Source: Alloascoidea hylecoeti (Eukaryota). From it: a stretch of DNA of 64,000 nucleotides. This document shows positions 26,186 through 34,829 of the stretch, one piece after another. The stretch's first letter is position 1. Each line of letters opens with the position of its first letter. The DNA is taken from positions 850,875 to 914,874 of the forward strand of contig BCKZ01000005.1 of NCBI GenBank assembly GCA_001600815.1. Direction: 5' to 3'. The notes under the pieces were generated by a model, which worked only from the letters and a program-made list of their open reading frames with translations, was not told the DNA's origin and searched no databases. Made by a program: the position numbers and the translations under genes.

Positions 26186-26855
26186 AATCCAAGTAGTGAC
26201 GCGCATGGATGGATTAACGATATTCACACTGTCCCTATCTACTCTCCAGAAAACCCACAGCCAAAGGAACGTGACTGGTAGAATCAGTGGGGAAAGAAAA
26301 CTTTGCTGAGCTTGACTTTAGTTTGACATTGTGAAAAGCTATAGATAATATAAATTCACTGCAGAATTGGTGGGAGCTTCGGTGAATTTGAAATACCACC
26401 ACGTTTGTTGTTTCTTGACTAATTCAATTAAGCGGAGCTAGAGTTCATCATCCAGCCTCTATCATTCAATTGCAGGGTTGCTTTAGCAGCTGATCCGGAT
26501 TGAAACCATTATGAGGTGGGGAGTTTGGCTGAGGCTGCACATCTATTAAACGATAATTCAGGTGCGCCCTACGGGGGACTCAGCACAGAAATCTTCAGCA
26601 GAACAATAGGGAAAACCCTCCTTGATTTTGATCTTCAACGCAAATACAAACCATGAAAGTGGGACCTATCGATCACTGGCATGAGGCTTGTGGTAGTGAT
26701 TATTATCATAGTCAAGCGTTCATAGCGAAATTGCTTTTTTATTTTTCACGCCAGCTCTTCCTATCATACTGAAGCAGAATTCTGTGGATTTTTCACCCAC
26801 TAATTAGGAACGTGAGCTGGGTTTAGACCGTCATGATACGGGTAAGTTTTGCAAT
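26066..26855 (+). pseudogene. Dispersed, degenerate 25S/28S LSU rRNA gene fragment (domains IV-V)
   Basis: Matches conserved LSU text (ATGTTGACGCAATGT, CTATGACTCTCTTAAGGTAGCCAAATGCCTCG, GGTGGGGAGTTTGGCTG, GAACGTGAGCTGGGTTTAGACCGTC), but with many substitutions, insertions and a ~50 nt deletion. No flanking rDNA unit. Confidence 0.93.
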
Positions 26856-27959
26856 ACTTATAACTTTTATTTCAATAATAATTGATAGTCTATAATAGGA
26901 GCTATAGAAACACGAAAACTATTTTTTTTTAGCTGGCGATTAAGCCATGCCAGGTAGTAGTTATTAAAAAGAAAGCGAACCCTTGATCACACTCTATTCT
27001 ATTAGGCACCTTTGTTCACAAGAAGAACTAATAGTTCTTTTGATTTTTACATGGCCAAAATTTAGTTGAATGATTGCATTACATATGCATCAGCTACCTG
27101 CAATTGTCATATATATTTCTAATATTGTAATTTTTGGTTGATGTCTTAAGCTTAAGCTTTTTCAATCTTGTTTATATCTATCTGTAGTAAATTTAAAGTT
27201 TATTGAAATTTTGATAACTTATAGCAACGATATTGCTGAACCCAACTACAGAGGTCATGTATCCATCTGTAAATAGTATTGTGAAAACCTCCGTTAAAAT
27301 AGTTGACTATGCATATGCATATTATTTCTTAAGGTTCTAATTTATGTATTATGTCATAATCATCAAGCCATAAAAAATATAAGGCCCATTTTAAAGTAGG
27401 ATATGATCAATATTTGAAACCCTCCTCCTCTGGTGGAAATGGGCGTCTAGAAGATTGTGACGGTAGATTTTCATTACTCTAGTATATATCATTTTCTTAT
27501 TTGTTATCTTATCCTTAAATTTATAATTGGGGCTTTTATAAAACTGGTAGAATAGGGAGGAAACCTGTTGAAATCAGCTAACCTAAAATGGCTAAGAACT
27601 CTTAGCTTTAAATAATTATAAAATAGCAATATTATTAAGAAACTTTTCAAATAAAGAACTTTTAATCTTAGTAATGCTTATCATTATTCTGTTAAGGAGT
27701 GGTACACTTTTTAGATTATTGCGTCTAGAGTGCAACATAGTGTTGGCCATTCGAGAAGCATTGTTCAATGAGGTCAATATCTGTAAGATTAAAAGTTTGA
27801 CCTTCCGATTTGTTGATGGTCATACTAAAACACGCACAGAAAATTGATTCCTATGACCAGTTATTTAGTACTCTAGAAAGCCTTAAACTGCTCTCAAAAT
27901 AGCACATGTTTCGTAGAAGTTAGGGATTATATTAGTTTATATAAAATGTCATTTTAAGT

Positions 27960-28400
27960 TTAGTACTTAGTAGGCGGTCTTAACCCTGCCACTCTACTTG
28001 ATATGGAGTCAATCAGATCATCAATTATCCGGATCCATGGGATCCCAAGATTTTAAGAGAGACTCAAATAATTGATCTTTTTCCACCTCCTCGCCATTTT
28101 GATCAATAATAACTGCATTGTGGTGTACTTTTAAGGAAGTCCCAAATGCACTCACTCGGATTTAGATCCGGTAAATAAGGCAGCAATTACAATACTTATA
28201 ACTTCTTTTCACAAAGTCACTTCATTATAATTCCAGCTTAGTGGATAAGTGTGCTATCCTGCTTGAATAATCCTATCTTACAAAAATTATATTTAGGAAA
28301 GCGTGATGGCTCCTTTTTTAGTGCTACGGCATTAGGACAGTAAAGTGCTACCACATTTCTAAAATTTCAACCCATACCAAAAGAATTAAAGGTCCTATAA
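27960..28400 (-). mobile_element. Tc1-family (DD34E) transposase fossil
   Basis: Minus strand reads GPLIL, LFKQDSTLIH (D codon 28258), LPYLPDLNPSECIWDFLK (E codon 28153, exactly 35 codons later = D34E), then IDDLIDSISSRVA...TKY*. Confidence 0.82.
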
Positions 28401-28670
28401 TAAAAAGAAGTTCAAAGACCTGGTCTGACTGTTGTTGAGCACCTTATACTTCTCCGGATCCGGATCCTGAACGACCGAACATTCATCACTGAATACATGT
28501 ACAGTATAAGCCTTACACTCTCAAACGTCTCACTCAAATCTATATTTAAATCATATAGGCCTTATAGATTCTGTTTCTTTGATAAGGTGAATTTTTATAA
28601 TTTCTCTTTAGAATTTGGTTAGTCTCATTCCGATAAGGTTTAGGTACTGAAAATGTTTTCTATCTACTTA

Positions 28671-30304
28671 ACAATCAGCTTTAACGGGTCTCTGATCAAG
28701 AAGATATTTATTATAAATAAAGTCTACGATATAAAAGACCCAAACTTTATAAATATTACGGATTCATCAATAGGTTATACCAAAAAAAAGCGTTAAGAAT
28801 AATTTATAAATGAATTATTTTTAGAGTTTGATGATAAAATGAATTATAAGATCTTGTTATATATAAATATATAAAATACAACTATGCTTCTATATCACAA
28901 ACAACTTGATCCATAGCTATAAATATACTTTAAATTTAACACATTGAACAAGAAGAACGTTCATTTTCACAAGTAGTAAGGTCAACAACACCTCCAGTTG
29001 GTGATTGAGCTTTTGCAATACAACTATTGACTTTATCAAGACAAGCATTATACTCTGCTGAATCAGTGTAGCATGAAGTAGAACCTGATGATGTAGCTGT
29101 GGCTGTACTTGCTTTTGTGGCTGTTACGGCTGTGGCACCAGCTGTAGTTGCAGCTGCGGTAGCTGTGTTACTAACATATTGGGTTTGGAAAGTAGTAACA
29201 TCAGTACTTTGCTCGACGGAATATTCAGTATCAACAGCAGCTTGTGCAACAGAAGTAGAAACTTGAGCTTCAGCAGATGTAGTATATGCAGCAGCAGATG
29301 ATGAAGCTGAAGTATCAGCAACGGTACCAGCAGCAGTAGTAGCGGCGGTGTCAGCAGCAGAAGTGGCAGAAGTACTAGTAGCAGCAGCAGAGGTAGCAAC
29401 AGTAGCAGCAGTAGCAGAACCTGAGGATCCATAAACTGTAGGGCCTGGAATAGTATATGTGGTTAAACCGTTGTAGATATTGACAAGGATACCGGGATCA
29501 CTAGCAGAATAAGCACCTGGAAATTTAACACCTTCAGGTTCGGCACTTCCACCACCTGTTACTTCCAAGCTTACACAGAGAGGATAGAATTGTCCTCCAC
29601 CAGATGTTCCTGCACTATGAAGAGCCAAAATTTCATGTCGCATCAAATAATTACCTGCAGAAATGTCCGAGGGAATTGTAACTGTCCATGAGTTGTTGTT
29701 TGCAATTAATGTATCACTAGCCCATGAATCAGAGCTTGCATCATATCCATCTTCATCAATCTTGAAGTATGACAAATCTTGTGGTGTGGCTGCTGAAAAT
29801 TCACCACTGACTGATGCCATGTATGTCATAACAGGACCTTTGTGAGATTCTGGCCAATCTGTCCAATAAAATGTTACAGTTTCACCGGCTGCAACACTAG
29901 CACTGATTCCACCATCAACTGCTCCAACGTTACAAGTAATAGCATCACTGGTTACATCTTCAACCGGACCATTACCACCTGTGAATTTCCAAACAATTCT
30001 ATCAGGAACTGGGGATTTGTAGACATCTTGATATACAAGCCAACCCGTATACCATTCATCGGCAACCTGAAGGTCCTGGACAATTCCATGGCCTGCGACA
30101 TATGATGATAATGCAGCAAGAATTAATTGAGTTCCAAATTTCATAGCTTAGTTTAAGTTTGACTTGTTGAGTGGTGTTGAGTAATAATGAATTTAAAAAT
30201 GAGAGAGAATATACCAGATATTCGAAATAAAAGTGCAAGATTTAATTTCTAACAATTAATCTCAGATAAAATGTTAAAGATAATGAATTCCAAAATAAAA
30301 TCCA
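28671..30304. repeat. Left arm of inverted duplication (partner 32438-34108)
   Basis: Reverse complement of the right arm apart from three indels (7, 10 and 20 nt). Confidence 0.95.
28936..30144 (-). CDS. Secreted AA9 (GH61) lytic polysaccharide monooxygenase with S/T/A linker and C-terminal 6-Cys module, copy 1
   Basis: Signal peptide ending VAG, then His1 (HGIV). WPESHKGPV supplies the second brace His. Also YLMRHEILALH, QFYPLC (axial Tyr) and FPGAY..SDPGI. Intronless. Confidence 0.96.
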   Translation of the reverse strand: MKFGTQLILAALSSYVAGHGIVQDLQVADEWYTGWLVYQDVYKSPVPDRIVWKFTGGNGPVEDVTSDAITCNVGAVDGGISASVAAGETVTFYWTDWPESHKGPVMTYMASVSGEFSAATPQDLSYFKIDEDGYDASSDSWASDTLIANNNSWTVTIPSDISAGNYLMRHEILALHSAGTSGGGQFYPLCVSLEVTGGGSAEPEGVKFPGAYSASDPGILVNIYNGLTTYTIPGPTVYGSSGSATAATVATSAAATSTSATSAADTAATTAAGTVADTSASSSAAAYTTSAEAQVSTSVAQAAVDTEYSVEQSTDVTTFQTQYVSNTATAAATTAGATAVTATKASTATATSSGSTSCYTDSAEYNACLDKVNSCIAKAQSPTGGVVDLTTCENERSSCSMC

Positions 30305-32437
30305 GGGAAATCATTGCTTTTTATACTGTGAAAAGACCGTTTAGTCCTCTATACAATTTATAACATGTACATTTTAGTATTAATTATTGCTGCATTTGTT
30401 CTGCAATAAGATAAATCCTAAGGGTCCGATACTTTTTGACGAGACAATCGTACGATTACGTGCATGATTTGATTACCGAGCCTTTAACCCCCAGATCCCG
30501 AGAAATATAGTGTGATACTATGATTATGTCATATATGTTAGACCTCGTTTCGCAAATTATAGTTATATGTAAAGGTGGTTTGTCACAGTTTCTGCAAGTG
30601 CGTAGAGTGTATGTCTTACTGTCCTGTTTTAGATGTTTGGACATGCATGCAGATATATTGGGGAAGACTATAACATTAATATTGCTGCTTATTTGTTTTA
30701 TTGTAATCGATATAACTTATACAGTTAATCTAGATTCTAGATCAGAGGTATTACATAGTACTTAACGTTTCTAGTACTTTTGTTTCTATTGTATATATCA
30801 ATCAATTAGAAACATTTCCATAGTCTAATACTACTGAAGTATAACTTTTTGTATTTTGCATACTATAGAAAATATTAATATTTTATGTTTAGCTATAGTT
30901 ACAAACTTACAGCCGTAAAAAAAATATAATACCAATACTTTTACGCTTTGTAGATCTAACTTCAATTAAATCCATGATCAGTAGCTATCAGATTCTACTA
31001 TAAGCTTATACCTATTATAGTTGTGTTACAGAGTTATGACAGATTTTCTTTGTCAATACAAGCTTAAGTTTGTTACACAGTTTACTCTGAATTCGCCATT
31101 GGGGATAAATATTTTGTGTAGATGTAGCTACATATATACATATAACTATATAAAAGGTATATATACCAGATCTGATCATTATAATGATAACCGAAGTATA
31201 CATGTATACGTATGCTGTTGTACTTAAGCTTGCAATTGTATAAAAATTTATATCTGATAAAAGTCATACCCATGGATAAACTTGCATAAACGTTGTTGAA
31301 ACCACTACTAAGATTGGTTGTAGAACTTCAGAAAACTAATACGATCGCTATAAATAGGATTGTTCCCTTAAATTGTTTCACATGTCCGTATAACTTCTAT
31401 ATAGTTTATTTCAACGATATGGCGGGAGGTATTAATATAAAAAACCTCTATTTCACAGGCTAGAGAAAAGTAACGAGATAAGTGGACAGATGAATCAGGC
31501 GCACAATTTTAAACCTATAATGATGAAACTCAAGCCGAACGGACCTTTTTAAAAAATTATATAGGCCTATAACTGATAAGAATATTTTTATACTCATAAC
31601 TAAAATGTATATTCATAGTATTTCATATTAAAAAAGCAAATAAATGCAACAACAATCATATATGGCTAGATATCGATAATAGTACTAATATATCACTGTT
31701 ATAATTAACTTTATATGGTTTAAGTTATAGCTATAGGGCTGCCAGTCAATATTATAATTTTTATATTATTTGGAAACATATTTAATTAACATAAATATTA
31801 AATTCTGATGCAGCCATCAATTTCACGTATTAATTAAATAAGTTTTAGCATGAAAGCCAAATAATATATGAAATGCTTTCTAGTTAATATAGACTTAGAT
31901 ATGGTGATCAGAACTACAAGTACTAAAGTTAAGAGATTCAGGATTAGTAACCATCCGTTTTAAAGATATATCAATGATATATAAACTTATTTTACACTAA
32001 ATCTCTAAAAATGTACTAGCGATATGCACATAGCTAAAATTCTGTCATAAACTGCAGCTGCACAACTGGGAGAACAGGCACTTTGAACTTTAACATATAA
32101 TGTTTTAAGAAGTTGCAATTGTGTAACAAAACAATACTGCATTATGCAGGAAAACATTTAAAACTATATATTGTCTTAAATTGACACTTAGAAACGATGT
32201 TTAATAGTTTAACGAGACGACCCTTAGGCCTAGAGATCCAATTACTTATAAAATATTATATAGAAAGATTTAAAGGATCGGGGATGGGTGGTATGATTGT
32301 TTCACTAAAATAATATCGCGGTTTAAAGGCTCGGCATTTAGTTATAGTGAGATCACATCAATTCATTTCGTATGCTGAATAAGTAGTTCTTAGGTTTCTA
32401 ATACCATTTCAAAAAGTATAAAATACAATGGTTTTCT

Positions 32438-34108
32438 TGGATTTTATTTTGGAATTCATTATCTTTAACATTTTATCTGAGATTAATTGTTAGAAATTAA
32501 ATCTTGCACTTTTATTTCGAATATCTGGTATATTCTCTCTCATTTTTAAACTAAAACAAAGTTTTTTCAATTCATTATTACTCAACACCACTCAACACCA
32601 CTCAACAAGTCAAACTTAAACTAAGCTATGAAATTTGGAACTCAATTAATTCTTGCTGCATTATCATCATATGTCGCAGGCCATGGAATTGTCCAGGACC
32701 TTCAGGTTGCCGATGAATGGTATACGGGTTGGCTTGTATATCAAGATGTCTACAAATCCCCAGTTCCTGATAGAATTGTTTGGAAATTCACAGGTGGTAA
32801 TGGTCCGGTTGAAGATGTAACCAGTGATGCTATTACTTGTAACGTTGGAGCAGTTGATGGTGGAATCAGTGCTAGTGTTGCAGCCGGTGAAACTGTAACA
32901 TTTTATTGGACAGATTGGCCAGAATCTCACAAAGGTCCTGTTATGACATACATGGCATCAGTCAGTGGTGAATTTTCAGCAGCCACACCACAAGATTTGT
33001 CATACTTCAAGATTGATGAAGATGGATATGATGCAAGCTCTGATTCATGGGCTAGTGATACATTAATTGCAAACAACAACTCATGGACAGTTACAATTCC
33101 CTCGGACATTTCTGCAGGTAATTATTTGATGCGACATGAAATTTTGGCTCTTCATAGTGCAGGAACATCTGGTGGAGGACAATTCTATCCTCTCTGTGTA
33201 AGCTTGGAAGTAACAGGTGGTGGAAGTGCCGAACCTGAAGGTGTTAAATTTCCAGGTGCTTATTCTGCTAGTGATCCCGGTATCCTTGTCAATATCTACA
33301 ACGGTTTAACCACATATACTATTCCAGGCCCTACAGTTTATGGATCCTCAGGTTCTGCTACTGCTGCTACTGTTGCTACCTCTGCTGCTGCTACTAGTAC
33401 TTCTGCCACTTCTGCTGCTGACACCGCCGCTACTACTGCTGCTGGTACCGTTGCTGATACTTCAGCTTCATCATCTGCTGCTGCATATACTACATCTGCT
33501 GAAGCTCAAGTTTCTACTTCTGTTGCACAAGCTGCTGTTGATACTGAATATTCCGTCGAGCAAAGTACTGATGTTACTACTTTCCAAACCCAATATGTTA
33601 GTAACACAGCTACCGCAGCTGCAACTACAGCTGGTGCCACAGCCGTAACAGCCACAAAAGCAAGTACAGCCACAGCTACATCATCAGGTTCTACTTCATG
33701 CTACACTGATTCAGCAGAGTATAATGCTTGTCTTGATAAAGTCAATAGTTGTATTGCAAAAGCTCAATCACCAACTGGAGGTGTTGTTGACCTTACTACT
33801 TGTGAAAATGAACGTTCTTCTTGTTCAATGTGTTAAATTTAAAGTATATTTATAGCTATGGATCAAGTTGTTTGTGATATAGAAGCATAGTTGTATTTTA
33901 TATATTTATATATAACAAGATCTTATAATTCATTTTATCATCAAACTCTAAAAATAATTCATTTATAAATTATTCTTAACGCTTTTTTTTGGTATAACCT
34001 ATTGATGAATCCGTAATATTTATAAAGTTTGGGTCTTTTATATCGTAGACTTTATTTATAATAAATATCTTCTTGATCAGAGACCCGTTTAATGTTAAAG
34101 CTGATTGT
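32438..34108. repeat. Right arm of inverted duplication
   Basis: 1671 bp versus 1634 bp for the left arm; the difference equals the three insertions. Confidence 0.95.
32628..33836 (+). CDS. Secreted AA9 LPMO, copy 2 (identical protein)
   Basis: The 402 aa translation is identical to 28936..30144. Confidence 0.96.
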   Translation: MKFGTQLILAALSSYVAGHGIVQDLQVADEWYTGWLVYQDVYKSPVPDRIVWKFTGGNGPVEDVTSDAITCNVGAVDGGISASVAAGETVTFYWTDWPESHKGPVMTYMASVSGEFSAATPQDLSYFKIDEDGYDASSDSWASDTLIANNNSWTVTIPSDISAGNYLMRHEILALHSAGTSGGGQFYPLCVSLEVTGGGSAEPEGVKFPGAYSASDPGILVNIYNGLTTYTIPGPTVYGSSGSATAATVATSAAATSTSATSAADTAATTAAGTVADTSASSSAAAYTTSAEAQVSTSVAQAAVDTEYSVEQSTDVTTFQTQYVSNTATAAATTAGATAVTATKASTATATSSGSTSCYTDSAEYNACLDKVNSCIAKAQSPTGGVVDLTTCENERSSCSMC

Positions 34109-34829
34109 AGTACATAAAACTTTAATATACAAATTAAATAGTTATACATCGCTGTTTACAACATTATACCATCACTTGTTTAGTACTGTACTATTGAGTA
34201 GCTGGCTAAACTTACCAATTATAAGGTGACAAGGATATACCAATATTTCATAGGCAGCCCTTACTAATTTCTCTAAACTTCACTAAAGAATCTTCAAATA
34301 TGTTTTCAATTAACTCTCAAATAATTCGCTGATTAACCACCGTACGTATAATTAATTGTGAATTGCTAAAAATATATATAAATTGATTTAATTACATTTC
34401 GGCTACAGGTTAACATCATTTAATTTTAGATTTAATTATAAGAGCGGAATATCGAGAGGATATTTTATAGCTGCCAAATATCTCAAATTTTAAATATTCT
34501 GGTGCCATATTTAGCACTATAATCAATATTAATCATAATACTCGCTTATAAACACAGTTATGTGATATAAAAATAATTTAAATATCCTAGCTCATTATTG
34601 ACAGCCATGATATTAATTAACCCTGCTGGATACCTGCATATAAATAAACGTTTATTATAGACTTAATTAAGAATTTAGGAGTATAAAAACGTTGATACTA
34701 AGACGTATAAGTTATTAGCTATTACTACAATTTGTTAGATATGTGTGGTATTGCATATTGTGCAATAGTGACAATACTACACGATACAAGACTAGCTAGT
34801 ATTTATATCTAATAATATATCTATGATTT

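Noticed and set aside
26115..26309. 64-aa ORF
   Set aside because: Lies within the rDNA pseudogene; not protein-coding.
26938..26950. GATTAAGCCATGC matching the 5' region of 18S rRNA
   Set aside because: Only 13 nt and the flanks do not continue the match.
33696..33833. CBM1 or GPI-anchor call for the LPMO tail
   Set aside because: Cys spacing and aromatic pattern do not fit CBM1, and there is no hydrophobic GPI signal.
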